Of a stretch of 64,000 nucleotides of DNA, positions 1 through 10,100 are shown one piece after another. Positions within the stretch are counted from its first letter, which is position 1. Each line of letters starts with the position of its first letter. The DNA is taken from positions 198,539 through 262,538 of the forward strand of contig CAWDMH010000011.1 of the NCBI GenBank assembly GCA_963803365.1. The letters run 5' to 3'. Under the pieces are notes generated by a model that searched no databases, was not told the DNA's origin, and worked only from the letters and a program-made list of their open reading frames with translations. Origin of the DNA: an uncultured Planctomycetaceae bacterium (GTDB lineage Bacteria; Planctomycetota; Planctomycetia; Pirellulales; Pirellulaceae). Both the position numbers and the translations under genes were made by a program.

Positions 1-1068
1 CGGTACTGTGTGACAAGTTGGTTATGACCGAAGGGTCGGGACTTGTATCTAGCCGGTCCGGCTTTGGTGAAGAGCGCCATCGGACAGGAAGCCTCCAGCG
101 AGGAACTCGGCGGCGCCCAGATGCACGCCAGTATCAGCGGTACAATCGATTTTCACGAACCCGACGACGCCGCTGCAATCAAACGAGTTCGATCGCTAGT
201 GGGCCTGCTTCCCGAAGATTGCCGCTGCAGCCGGTTTCGCCAAAGCTCTTGGAGCGAACCGGACGTCGATCCCATCGACATCTACAATGTCGTACCCATC
301 GATCCTCAACAAAGGTATGAAGTCCGGGATTTGATTCGTTTTCTGGTCGATCCGGATTCGTTCAACGAGTACAAGGCGGAATACGGTCAAACGATTGTTT
401 GTGGTTACGCCAAGATCGGGGGGCATCAAGTCGGCCTGGTCGCCAATCAAAGAACCACCGTGATGACCCCCAAGGAGGGGATGCAATTCGGCGGCGTGAT
501 TTACCATGACAGCGCCGACAAGGAGGCGCGGTTCATCATGGACTGCAATCAAACCTGGTCGCCGATCGTCTTTTTACAAGATGTGATGGGGTTCATGGTC
601 GGCCGCGACAGCGAACAAGCCGGCATCATCCGGGCCGGAGCCAAGGTGGTCAACGTCATCTCCAACAGCCGCGTCCCCAAGATCACCGTGATCACCGGCG
701 GCAGTTACGGCGCCGGCAACTACGCGATGTGTGGAAAGGCGTTCGATCCGAGGTTGATATTCGCTTGGCCCAATGCCCGTTACGCGGTGATGGGTTCGCG
801 ACAAGCGGCGACGACACTATTGGATATCAACATTGCGGCGATGAAGCGGGCCGGCCAAAAGCCCGACGCGGAGGAACTGGAAGCGCTCCGCGAACAAGTA
901 TCTACGGCCTATGAGAACTCGACCGATATCCGCTACGCCGCGGCGCGATTGTGGGTCGACGGAATTATCAACCCGGCCGACACACGCGAGACGCTGATTC
1001 GCTCGCTGGAAATCGTCACCCGCCACGCCGAGGACGAACCATTTCGTACCGGCGTGCTGCAAGTCTAG
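1..1068 (+). CDS. acyl-CoA carboxylase carboxyltransferase (beta) subunit, methylcrotonoyl-/propionyl-CoA carboxylase type; 5' end lies outside the window; frame break near nt 45
   Basis: ORF 43..1068 carries YLAGPALVKSAIGQEASSEELGGAQMH and GGSYGAGNYAMCGKAFDPRLIFAWPNARYAVMG, the conserved carboxyltransferase core. Frame 3 of nt 3-44 (VLCDKLVMTEGSGL) continues the family sequence upstream, so the reading frame shifts at about nt 45. Confidence 0.85.
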
Positions 1069-1320
1069 CTGACCGTTGAAAAAGGTCTCGTGATCCCCGC
1101 GAACGCGCGTCATCCCCGCGCCAGTGCGCGGTCATCCCCGCGCCAGCGCGTCATCCCCGCGCGAGCGTCATCCCCGCGCGCGATGCGCGTCATCCCCGCG
1201 CCGATGCGTCATCCCCGCGAAGGCGGGGATCCAGCATTGCAAGAGTTCATTCCCGCTGGATTCCCGCCTTCGCGGGAATGACATGATGGTTGTTGAGGCG
1301 AGTCGTTTTCAACGGGCTGC
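1068..1320. mobile_element. MITE family A, copy A1 (TA-flanked, both termini present) with a 7-fold tandem amplification of its GTCATCCCCGCG half-stem
   Basis: Termini gctgaccgttgaaaaagg... and ...ttttcaacgggctgc match the other A copies. The core gtcatccccgcgaaggcggggatcc...ggattcccgccttcgcgggaatgac forms two hairpins. TA lies at 1066-67 and 1321-22. Half-site copies start at 1090, 1109, 1131, 1150, 1167, 1189 and 1208. Confidence 0.8.
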
Positions 1321-2740
1321 TAGCGTTGGCGGGCGCGACGCGACTGCTTGATGTATCCGAATTGCACCAATAGCAGGTTTTCGTCCTGGACGAGGCCGAT
1401 TCCAGGCGCGTACGTCTTGGTTTCCGAATCGCCCTCCAGCGGATTGTCTTCCCAGACTTTGAGGCACTTGGAGTATTCTCCGGAGGGCGTTTTGATTGTC
1501 GAATCTACGCCGACAATGCGAGCCCGGTCCATCGCTTGCTTGGGAGCGAATTCTTGATAGAACGCCGCGCCCAGCACGCATTCTCCGGGCATCATCATTC
1601 CCGCATGCGCGCCCTTCCGGCCGTGCTGCCAGGCGCCTTCGTGCGCGACAACCTCCCCGTTCCGATAGACGTCGACGTCTTCGCCAAAGTAAAACACGCT
1701 TCCGGTCGATTTGCAAATCGCATAGAAGTTTCGTGAAACTTCCGTAAGTTCACCGTCAACCGACTCGCGTTCTTCAACGACTCGCGTATCGATTCCTCCG
1801 ACTTCTCTCGTTTCATCTAAAACCGTGATTTCCAATCGGGCATCGCGATCGCCGTCCTTGCCCCCCAACACCAATTGGTAACCGGGTTCCAGAATAAAAA
1901 ACCGGTTTTGGCCGGTCGTCGACAGTTCGCGATGCTCCAAGTCAAAACTGTTTTGAAAATCGCCGCCGTCGTCATTATTGCTGTTCGACTTTTCTTTTGC
2001 TTCGTCGTCCCCGTCCTGGCTACGCCGTTTTGTAGTGGCGTTTGAATTGTCGTCGCGGTCGGCCTTTTCGTGCTCGCCGTCCTCGTCACCTTCCTCCTCT
2101 TCGCTCTCCTCTTGGCCTTTCATTTTCTTTTGAGAGTGCTCGTTGTCACGGTCGGCCTTTTCGTCGCCTCGTCGCCTTCCTCCTCTTCGCTCTCCTCTCG
2201 ATCTTTCATTTTCTTTTGAGAGTGCTCGCTGTCCTGGTCGGCCTTTTCGTGCTCGTCGCCCTCGTCGCCTTCTTCCTCTTCGCGCTCCTCTCGGCCCTTC
2301 ATTTTCTTTTGAGAGTGCTCGTCGTCACGGTCGGCCTTTTCGTGTTCGTCGCCCTCGTCACCTTCCTCCTCTTCGCGTTCCTCTCGGCTTTTCATTTTCT
2401 TGGGCGATGCACGTTCATCATCGCTGTTGTTTTGGCGTTGTTCGGAAACTTTGCCTTCGAGACTTTTACCGATCACTTTTCCGTTGGCGTCAAATGTCAC
2501 GTCGATCTCTTGTCCGTCGCGATGCATTTCGATTTCGTAAGTCTTTTTGCCATTCGCAGTGATTTCGCCAATGTCGATGAGTTTACCGTCGGCCACCGTC
2601 TTTTTGATTGCCTTTCGAACGCTTGCGGGGACCTGATCGATACCCACCTTTTTCTCATTTTCCTGCGCTTGGGCTGTGTTGATTGCAATCGTTCCGGCGA
2701 CCGCAAGGATCACCAGCAGGCATTGAATCATCGTTTTCAT
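1320..2740 (-). CDS. secreted PepSY-like domain protein with acidic 31-aa tandem repeats and an uncharacterised C-terminal domain; split into ORFs 2120..2740 and 1320..2123 by a frame break inside the repeats
   Basis: There is a signal peptide (MKTMIQCLLVILAVAGTIAINTAQA). A PepSY-like segment follows (VPASVRKAIKKTVADGKLIDIGEITANGKKTYEIEMHRDGQEIDVTFDANGKVI). Repeats of the form HSQKKMKxREEREEEEGDEGDEHEKADRDD continue across the ORF boundary (MKGQEESEEEEGDEDGEHEKADRDD). Confidence 0.65.
2049..2410. repeat. 93-bp coding tandem repeat (about 4 units); one unit is 7 nt short
   Basis: Unit starts (cattttcttttgagagtgctcg) are at 2121, 2207, 2300 and 2393, giving spacings of 86, 93 and 93 nt. Confidence 0.9.
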
Positions 2741-2888
2741 TTCGCACCTATTTTTTACTGATTGTTAGAAACTGTTTTCCTTGTCGAATTCAAACTCTTC
2801 GGCTAGGGAGACGAACATTGTAGCGGCTCAAGCATTAGACGACGATGAGAATCAAGTAAGGATCGCACGAAATGATACTTCGCTCTAC

Positions 2889-2987
2889 GGATCGCACGCA
2901 AAATAACTTCCGGGTTTTGTCGACCCTCTCCCTAAGCCTCTCCCGTGAGGGCGAGGATTTACGGCGAAGTTATTTTGCGTCCGATCC
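2889..2987. mobile_element. MITE family B, copy B1 (~99 bp; termini GGATCGCACGCAAAATAACTTC / GAAGTTATTTTGCGTxCGATCC)
   Basis: It is near-identical to the copies at 15007, 21428, 48722, 61765 and 63896. The flanks are tac / taa. Confidence 0.85.
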
Positions 2988-2996
2988 TAACAGCAT

Positions 2997-3100
2997 GTAG
3001 CGGAACGGCGCGAGCCGTCCGGTTGCATTGGCATCCACACGGCGAATTACCGGGCGGCTCGCGCCGCTCCGCTTCAATAAACATTTGTGCACACATTTGT
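2997..3100. repeat. Repeat family C, copy C1 (long hairpin GCGGAACGGCGCGAGCCGTCCGG...CCGGGCGGCTCGCGCCGCTCCGC)
   Basis: The same ~100-bp unit recurs at 7730-7829 and 55096-55195. Confidence 0.8.
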
Positions 3101-4571
3101 CAGTGTGGCTGTGGTTCGGCCTGGCTGACTTGGCGAGCCTGGGCGGCCGCGGTCGGTGAGCAGGGCAGCTCGACGGTGATCGAGATTCTATGGTCGGGGC
3201 TCAACGTGGCGGCGATGTTTCCACCCAACAGCTTTATCAACGATTGGCAAATCGAAAGTCCCAAGCCACTATGTCGGCCCGTTTCGGAACGCATGGTATC
3301 TTTGCACAAAATCGATCGAATAGCTTGGGCAGGTCGTTTGATTGCAAGTCCATCGTTTGATTGGTGATTTGAATCGAACAGCTGGCCTGCGAATATCTGA
3401 TTTTTGCATCCACCATCGAGCTTTGGGGAGCGTACGCGATCGAATTGTCGAACAGATTTCGCAGGACGATGAGTAGCTTCTCGCGATCCGACATGATCGT
3501 ACCTTCGTCATCGGTTTCCAGTTGAAAATCAAGTCCCCGTCCCGCGATATCCAACTCGAATTCGGATCGAACTTGTTCGATCAACTGGAGCAGTTGAACC
3601 GGTTCGCGACGGATGGTCGCCCGGTCGCCGTCGAGCCGTGCGGCGGTCGCCAGGTTGTCGATGGTCCTTTGCGTTTGCAGGCAAATTGTTTGACACTTGC
3701 TGAGGACCGCTTGATATTCGGGGGCAGCTCAGTTGCGCCGGAGAGCAACTTCGATCGCGGAGCGCAATCCGGATAACGGCGTGCGAAGTTCGTGGGCGAT
3801 GTTGGCAGAGAATTCTCGCTCGCGGTGAATCAAGCCGTCGATTCGGATCAAGAGTCGGTTCAGTTGATCGACAATCGGCGCGATTTCCGCCGGGGCGTTT
3901 GGTATCACAATCGCGGTGGTAAGGTTCGATCCGTCAACCTTCGAAATAGCCTTTGCCGTCGAATTCAAGGGTGCCAGGCCGATACGTGCGGCCCAGGACG
4001 CGGACAACAGACCCGCTGCGATGGCGACCATGGTAATCCAAACGATCAGCCAGCCGATGTGGCTTAGTGTGCGGTCCAGATCCAACGTGTCCCGGCCGAC
4101 GACCAAACTTAGCGGCGTCGAAATGCCAGGCTCGGCGGACGCCACGACCGCTTCCGGGTCGACAAGCGGGGAAAACTCAACCGAGACTACCCGTCCGCGT
4201 CGGCCATCCGGCAGCACTACACTTCGGCAAGTTCCCGACTGGGTCAGGCGCCGATCATACGACAGCGAATGCGGACCCATGCGAGCCGACTTTTCCAACG
4301 AAGTGCCGTCTGCGTCATAGACTTGATAGTAATCCGGCCGGCTGACTCGAGAGAATAGAGGAAATTCTTTCTCGGCCATTTCCGTTTCGATCGATCGCCC
4401 GTTGGTTTCGATCATGGCCTCCAGCGAAATCGCAATATGCGTCAGCGAGTCATCAAACTCTTTCACCAAGGCGTGGCGGACCGCCGTGTATAAGGCGATC
4501 CCCGAAATCACGGAAAGCGTCAAGACAACCAACCCGACGGCGAACACGATTCTGCGATTCAGCGAGTTCAC
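3100..4571 (-). CDS. sensor histidine kinase (two TM segments, HAMP, HisKA, HATPase); three ORF pieces joined by frame breaks near 3730 and 3305
   Basis: The H-box FSANIAHELRTPLSGL is in ORF 3729..4571. LFDNSIAYAP and DLPKLFDRF are in 3237..3584, and GLGLSICQSLIKLLGG is in 3100..3309. The unlisted frame between 3584 and 3729 reads PEYQAVLSKCQTICLQTQRTIDNLATAARLDGDRATIRREPVQLLQLIEQV. The GTG start overlaps the regulator's stop (GTGA). Confidence 0.85.
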
Positions 4572-5246
4572 GTCGCCTCCTCGGCCAACAAGTAACCCAA
4601 ACCGCGCCGGGTGTGAATCAGTTTTGGCAAGCGATCGTCCTCAATCTTTTTTCGCAAATAGCCGATGTAAACGTCCACAACGTTGCTCTGCGATTCGTCC
4701 TCAAACTCATACAGATGTTCCCAGATGTCGGTTCGCGACACGACCTGGCCGGCTCGGACTGCCAGGTACTCCAATAACGAGTACTCGCGAGCGGTCAGCT
4801 CGATCCGCTTCGATTCTCTACGGACCGACTTTCGCGCACGTGTCGATTTCCAAGTCGCCGATTTGTATGATCGAGTCAGGCACGTCATAACGTCGGCGCA
4901 CCAGCGACTGAACTCGCGCCAACAATTCGGCAAACGCGAACGGCTTCACGAGGTAGTCGTCTGCCCCTTCATTCAATCCGGCGACGCGATCTTCGATTTC
5001 ACTGCGGGCCGAGAGCATCAGAATCCCGGTGCGCGCTCCGCGCTGTCGGATCGCTCGTAAAATGGTGAGCCCGTCGACCAACGGCAACATCCAATCGAGG
5101 ACGGCAACGTCATAGTCGTTCGATTGGGCCAACCACAAACCGTCTTCTCCGCTGGCCGCCTCGTCCACCGCGAAACCGGCTTCTCGCAGCCCTTGTGAGA
5201 CCGATTCCCGGATCGGCGGATAGTCTTCGACCACCAGAACTCGCAT
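4568..5246 (-). CDS. OmpR/PhoB-family response regulator; frame break near 4840
   Basis: The receiver domain (MRVLVVEDYPPIRES...DVAVLDWMLP...DDYLVKPF) is in ORF 4818..5246. The winged-helix output (IELTAREYSLLEYL...HTRRGLGYLL) is in ORF 4568..4933. Confidence 0.9.
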
Positions 5247-5558
5247 ACTCGACCTTGCTTGACAGCAACAAAAACAGTCCTAGCTTCCATTGTAAATGGT
5301 CCGGATGAGAATCGCATGAGATTGAATCGCGGCCGTCACAACTCCGAAATAGAAGAATGGTTGCCCGTGTTCCGCGTCACATAACTGTTGAGTGCCGAAC
5401 GATTCACTGGTCGGCAAAATCGAAATGCGATTTTTTTCCGAAAGAATTTGCGGTACTTCGGTCACCAAAGCTTGAGATTGCCGCCCAAACAGCGTAATTT
5501 GATGAATCGCTCTTTCGCCGTCCTTTCAGTTGATTTCTCTTTGTCTTGGGAACCCCAC

Positions 5559-6476
5559 ATGAATTTGACCAAGCTTATTCTCCGATTTGCGTTCGCCGCC
5601 ACCGTTTCCGTTCTGATGTGCGGGTCGCTACTTGCCGACCTGCTGGTTTCGGACTACGGAGGCAACGCGGTGTTTCGCTTTAACCAAACTACTGGGGCGC
5701 TGATCGGCAGCGGTCCTTTTATTGCGGCTGGTTCGGGCGGCCTGAGTGGCCCGGTTGGATTGCGATTGGACGTCAATGGCGACCTGTTAGTGGCCAATCA
5801 AAACACCGATCAGATCTTGCGGTTCAACGCGAACACCGGATCGTTTTTGGGCGTTTATGGCTCGACCGGCTCGGGTCCCGCGGACATCCGATTTCACGGC
5901 AGCAATCTGTTCGTCGCCGATTTCTTTGGCAGTTCGGTCGACATCGTCACCAGCGGCTCGGTAACGCCGTTTACCAACGGCGGTCCGGGAATTGCCGGTA
6001 CCTCGTCGTTTGCATTCGGTCCGAACGGCGATCTGTACGTCGGCAGTTTCAATTCCGGAGATATCCAGGTTTTTGACGGCATGTCGGGAACTTACTTGAA
6101 TACGTTTGCAAGCGGTTTGCCCGCGCACTCCGGCTTGTTGTTTGAAGGCAGTGATTTGTGGGTTGCGAGTCTGTTCACCGGAGACATCTCTCGGTTTGAC
6201 TCCAGTGGAAATCTGATCGACAGCTTTTCGACAGGAACGACGTCGTTTCCGTCACATATCATCGTCAATCCAAACAACAGTAGTGAACTGCTGATCGCGT
6301 TGACGGGTGCTGGTGGCGTGTATCGCTTTTCCAAGTCGGGAACGCCGCTCGGTTTGTTCGCCGGCGGCATGACCATCCCAGGACAGATGTTGCTGGTTTC
6401 GTCGGTACCCGAACCCACTGCTGGCATCGTGCTGTCCGCCTTGGTGTGTGGATTGCTGTTTCGTCGGCGGCGCTAG
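5559..6476 (+). CDS. secreted beta-propeller (NHL-like repeat) protein with a C-terminal PEP-CTERM sorting signal
   Basis: A signal peptide follows the ATG at 5559 (MNLTKLILRFAFAATVSVLMCG). The body has repeated G-rich beta-strand motifs. The C-terminus VPEPTAGIVLSALVCGLLFRRRR gives PEP, then a TM segment, then an Arg cluster. Confidence 0.75.
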   Translation: MNLTKLILRFAFAATVSVLMCGSLLADLLVSDYGGNAVFRFNQTTGALIGSGPFIAAGSGGLSGPVGLRLDVNGDLLVANQNTDQILRFNANTGSFLGVYGSTGSGPADIRFHGSNLFVADFFGSSVDIVTSGSVTPFTNGGPGIAGTSSFAFGPNGDLYVGSFNSGDIQVFDGMSGTYLNTFASGLPAHSGLLFEGSDLWVASLFTGDISRFDSSGNLIDSFSTGTTSFPSHIIVNPNNSSELLIALTGAGGVYRFSKSGTPLGLFAGGMTIPGQMLLVSSVPEPTAGIVLSALVCGLLFRRRR

Positions 6477-6497
6477 ATAATGAGTGCGTGAATCGTT

Positions 6498-6582
6498 AAT
6501 GGGCCGTTGAAATACGTCTCGTCATCCCCGCGAAGGGCGGGGATCCAACATTGCGAGAGTTTATGTCCGCTGGATTCCCTTT
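6498..6582. mobile_element. MITE family A, partial copy A2
   Basis: The sequence gggccgttgaaatacgtctcgtcatccccgcgaagggcggggatccaacattgcgagag...gctggattccc matches one arm of family A. Confidence 0.65.
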
Positions 6583-6604
6583 CACTGATTGAGATGGTGA
6601 CACG

Positions 6605-7652
6605 ATGGACGCGCAGCACCGAAAAAACCGCATCGGATTCACGCTGATCGAGTTGCTGGTCGTGATCGCGATTATCGGCATCTTGATTGGGTTGCTGTTG
6701 CCCGCGGTTCAAGCGGTTCGCGAATCGGCTCGGCGAACCGGTTGTTTAAACAACATTCGACAATTGGCGATTGCGGCCCAGAATTTCGAGAGCAGCTTTC
6801 AACGATTTCCAGTCGGTGCGGATTCAAAGCCCTATCCGTCGAACCCCACTTATCCGTACAACTTTTTTCGTTGGTCGGTTCTGGCACATTTGACTCCGTA
6901 TATGGAACAGACCAACGTGCACGACACCATCGACTTCAATATCCCGCTGTTTGCGCCGCCTGGTTTCACAATCGACCCACATAATGTCACGGCGGCGACA
7001 ACAGAGATTCCGTTATTCTTATGTCCCAGTGATGTCGCCAAGCCGGTATCGGAAGGCTTCGGAGCCGGAGTTCTGGCCCCGACCAATTACGCAGGATGCG
7101 CTGGGACCGGTGCCGGTGGAGGGACACCGTTTGCCGACGAAGGGGCGGACGGAACATTCTACATTAACTCGAAAGTCCGCCCCCGCGATTTTGTCGACGG
7201 TCTGAGCAATACCGTTGTGTTCTCCGAAAGCACGCTGGGAACCGGAAACGAGAGTACTTCGAACCCAATGTTCGTACAACAATCGCCGGGAACCGTCTAT
7301 CGTTACGTGGGGACAGCGCCATTGACCGATGCACTCGCAACGGGCGCCTCGCTATGGAACGTCACGAACCGGCGTGGTTTCATGTGGGTTGACGGCGAAT
7401 TCCGGTGTACCCTGTACAACCACTACTACGGGCCCAATAGCCCGACGCCAGACTGCGTGGGCCACAGTTTCAATCCGGACCCGGCGAAACGATTTACCGG
7501 TTATGGGTGGCGGGCCGCGCAGCAAACACCCTGGTGGCGTCAATGTCGCATTGGCGGATGGATCCGTTCGGTTTATTGCCCAGACCATTGCGCTGGACCT
7601 TTGGCGCGGTCTGGCAACACCCCAGGGCCATGAAGTCCCTGCTGAATACTAA
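6605..7652 (+). CDS. DUF1559 / H-X9-DG protein with a type IV pilin-like N-terminal methylation motif; frame break near 7515
   Basis: The N-terminus is [34 protein letters not shown]. The C-terminal motif [17 protein letters not shown] (H-X9-DG) sits in overlapping ORF 7329..7652. Confidence 0.85.
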
Positions 7653-7729
7653 TGGTGGACGGCGTCTGGCTGGTTCTTCGGGCGCACTGTCACCTCGTTG
7701 TGCAAAGAGTCTCGCGTCCGCCTGAAAAA

Positions 7730-7829
7730 GTAGCGGAACGGCGCGAGCCGTCCGGTGGCGTGCGAGCCGTCCGGTGGCGTTGGCATCCACATGGCGCATT
7801 ACCGGGCGACTCGCGCCGCTTGCATGTAG
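7730..7829. repeat. Repeat family C, copy C2, with an internal 19-nt duplication (gcgagccgtccggtggcgt x2)
   Basis: It aligns with C1 and C3. The duplication is read directly at 7744-7781. Confidence 0.8.
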
Positions 7830-7988
7830 AGGTTCGTCGCCTGTTTGGAGCGGTCGACGTAGTGGCGACCCGATTCCCGTTGTTGACGCTGTAAATCGTC
7901 CACGATCTGATCGAGGTCGTTATTGAACTTGGCCGCAAGGTGATTGGCGGGCATCTCGGATTTGCTGTGTGATTGGATCTGTCATCAT
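7799..7988 (-). CDS. small hypothetical protein (~63 aa), apparently with one frame break; its last ~10 codons lie inside repeat C2
   Basis: An unlisted ORF at 7799..7954 reads MPANHLAAKFNNDLDQIVDDLQRQQRESGRHYVDRSKQATNLYMQAARVAR. Upstream, ATGATG at 7988 reads MMTDPITQQIRDAR in a neighbouring frame. The sequence looks protein-like but I do not recognise a family. Confidence 0.3.
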
Positions 7989-8503
7989 TATCCCCCGGGG
8001 ATTTCGGGCGGCGAACAAATAATTGGAGGCGCAAAACCTGCGTCACGGCAAGTCTGCCCTATCTTGGATCGCATTGTCACGTTGACAATGTGCTTGTACT
8101 CCTAAAAGGGGGCTAAATCGCAAAAAAGAGCTGCGTCCCCTTTTCTGGTCTTTCACTCAAGCCGGATAACGAATTGCGATTTATCCGTGTTGTGGATGCA
8201 AGATTGTACCGTCGGTCAGGTTGTGCCGGCAACTCGGATGGATCGTGCGTTGAGCTTTGTTGCCGAAAAGAAGGACCATCCGTAACGATCGTCCCAAATG
8301 GCTATGCGAATTCAATCGAGCACAGCCCTATTTGTATATCCGCTGCTGGGAACGATGCTATTGGAAGGCCACCGCTTGGACATCGATTATCAGGCGAAAA
8401 CGGTCGAACTCACGTAAGTCGGCGAACGACAAAGATCACGGGGCCGGAGGAGTTGATTTGCCATTTGAAACCGACTGCGCCGACGGCTTATTGTTTCGCC
8501 AAC

Positions 8504-8689
8504 TTACGGTGCTGGTATGCCCAAGTCTCGGCAGATCTTGCGCACGAGGAATTCATTGATTTCTCGATGGCGCGGCACTGCGGACGTTTGATTATTGCTT
8601 GGATTGAAGTATAGGCTATGCTTTCTACCTTCGCGGAGCAATTCGCAACCGTGAGATTCCAGGTGCCGAATGAGTTCGCGTCGCTTCAT
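8504..8689 (-). CDS. hicA: HicA-family mRNA interferase toxin
   Basis: MKRRELIRHLESHGCELLREGRKHSLYFNPSNNQTSAVPRHREINEFLVRKICRDLGI fits the HicA pattern. It overlaps the upstream antitoxin gene by 4 nt. Confidence 0.85.
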   Translation of the reverse strand: MKRRELIRHLESHGCELLREGRKHSLYFNPSNNQTSAVPRHREINEFLVRKICRDLGIPAP

Positions 8690-8904
8690 TGCGCCGTCAG
8701 ATCGAACGGTTCTCTGGTGACGTCCTTACCAGCAACGGACTTCGCCGCAAGTTCTCGGTTGGCGTCCAATACCATTTGGACAGCCTCTTTGAGGTTTTCC
8801 CTGGTTTCGTCAAGCGTCGATCCTTGCGTATTGGCTGCCGGAAGTTCCTCGACGAACGCAATGTATCCCTCTGGAACGGGCATGAAGACGGCGGTCAGTT
8901 TCAT
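8686..8904 (-). CDS. hicB: HicB-family antitoxin (short, UPF0150-type)
   Basis: MKLTAVFMPVPEGYIAFVEELPAANTQGSTLDETRENLKEAVQMVLD fits the HicB N-terminal fold motif. The likely start is the ATG at 8904; the ORF is open back to 8925. Confidence 0.8.
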   Translation of the reverse strand: MKLTAVFMPVPEGYIAFVEELPAANTQGSTLDETRENLKEAVQMVLDANRELAAKSVAGKDVTREPFDLTAQ

Positions 8905-9340
8905 TTTAAGGTTCCTTGAACTCACTCCATTCTAGTTTGATGCGTTGCTCAGGGAAATGCAAAACGAGCGCTACCAGCGGCGTTTCGATGGCCTGGGTCA
9001 CCTCTCCGAATCTGGGCGACCACTAACGGCGCGGCCTGCAACTCAATCGCTGTTGGGCCAAGTAAGGACTGCATCATTCGGCCTCGCGTGTTCGACCAGT
9101 GAAAGCAGCGATGTCTAAAATCACCCGGTCGCGACGAGAGATTCTCCATTGTCAAAACGCCCGACTTCGCGACTCGTGTGCATTTTTTTGTTCAAGTAAG
9201 CCGCTGGGGCGGCGAGAGGGTGAGGACATTATAGTGGAGAGTGATTGGGTGAATCAAACAATTCGCGCATCCTGGATGCCTGGTGCGCCGCACAGCGTGT
9301 GCGGTCGACGATGGCTTTTTCATCTCCAGGAGCTTGCACG

Positions 9341-9560
9341 ATGCCCAGTTACCACAAACCGACTCACTCCAAGTACTTGCATGGTCCGCGCTATCAGCAG
9401 ATGCACGACGACCTGCAACTGACCGGCAAAGCCCCACAAGACAGTCGTTTCGACAAGTTCCGGCTATTGACCCACCCGGCAAACTCGCCAAGCCGAAAGT
9501 CCAACACCCATATCGGGCATCCGGGCCTCATGAACAAAGCCCTTGAACATCGGCTCAATC
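9341..9560 (+). pseudogene. remnant of a tyrosine recombinase/integrase N-terminal (SAM-like) region, frameshifted and truncated
   Basis: MPSYHKPTHSKYLHGPRYQQMHDDLQLTGKAPQ resembles the start of planctomycete/cyanobacterial site-specific integrases (..M.ddLqLrg.aprTq.sY..). Continuation fragments (RQSFRQV..., ..SPSRKS..HI..) sit in other frames. No catalytic domain follows. Confidence 0.4.
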
Positions 9561-10100
9561 TCTCGGCGATTCACCCTCCATCCCTTCGGCCACACAACCC
9601 AGCCCCTTACACTCTCCATCCATTGGCCGCGATGTCAAAGGCTTATTGGTTCTGGCTTCGGTTTCGTGCTCGTGCTCAGCGAAGCGGTGCTCGTGCTCGT
9701 AATCGACCGGCATATCATACTCCGCCAGCGTTTCTGAAACAGTATCGGCTTTCATGACTAATCGCGTGAGCATCGAGACGATTCGCTTGAGCGTCGCCTT
9801 CATCTCGCGATTCGAGTCGTCATTTAGACCGGCCGACGCTGTCAGCACGTCCTGAATCGCGGCACACTCGAATGCCGAGCCGCGTGCAATTTCGAAGTAT
9901 CGTGCGCGATCCTTCGGACTGCGTTTGCCGTTGCCCTCGGCAATATTCAGCGGAATCGATTGAGCTGCTCGCAACCACTGGTCGCGAGCATGACGATGGA
10001 GGCCGCTAAGTTCCTTGGCGACCGAAAATGATTGGGCGGTGTACTGGATTGCAAGACCGTAAACATCCAGCCGATCGTGATCGAAGATTGCATCGGTCAT
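9555..10100 (-). CDS. four-helix-bundle protein (23S rRNA intervening-sequence protein family, TIGR02436-like)
   Basis: FDHDRLDVYGLAIQYTAQSFSVAKELSGLHRHARDQWLRAAQSIPLNIAEGNGKRSPKDRARYFEIARGSAFECAAIQDVL is the family core. The family is about 120-130 aa, so the ORF tail beyond about 9700 (YEHEHRFAEHEHE...) may not be translated. Confidence 0.8.
   Translation of the reverse strand: MTDAIFDHDRLDVYGLAIQYTAQSFSVAKELSGLHRHARDQWLRAAQSIPLNIAEGNGKRSPKDRARYFEIARGSAFECAAIQDVLTASAGLNDDSNREMKATLKRIVSMLTRLVMKADTVSETLAEYDMPVDYEHEHRFAEHEHETEARTNKPLTSRPMDGECKGLGCVAEGMEGESPRD

Noticed and set aside
1090-1219. Regularly spaced direct repeats that could superficially be taken for a CRISPR array
   Set aside because: The repeat is only 12 nt (GTCATCCCCGCG) with 5-10-nt GC-rich spacers. 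It is a duplicated arm of MITE family A, and no cas genes are present.
2945-3367. Track ORFs beginning MRARIYGE(V/I)ILRPIL (2945..3367 + and 63300..63938 -)
   Set aside because: The shared N-terminus is simply the translation of MITE family B. The real gene at 63300 starts at the internal ATG at 63848, and 2945..3367 is repeat plus antisense of the kinase gene.
8160-8500. Short minus-strand fragments (..FRLIIDVQAVAFQ, ..WSFFSATKLNARSIRVAG) reminiscent of isochorismatase-family blocks
   Set aside because: The two blocks are only about 40 codons apart instead of about 100. They lie in different frames with several stops, and the similarity is limited to a few residues. This is too weak to call even a pseudogene.
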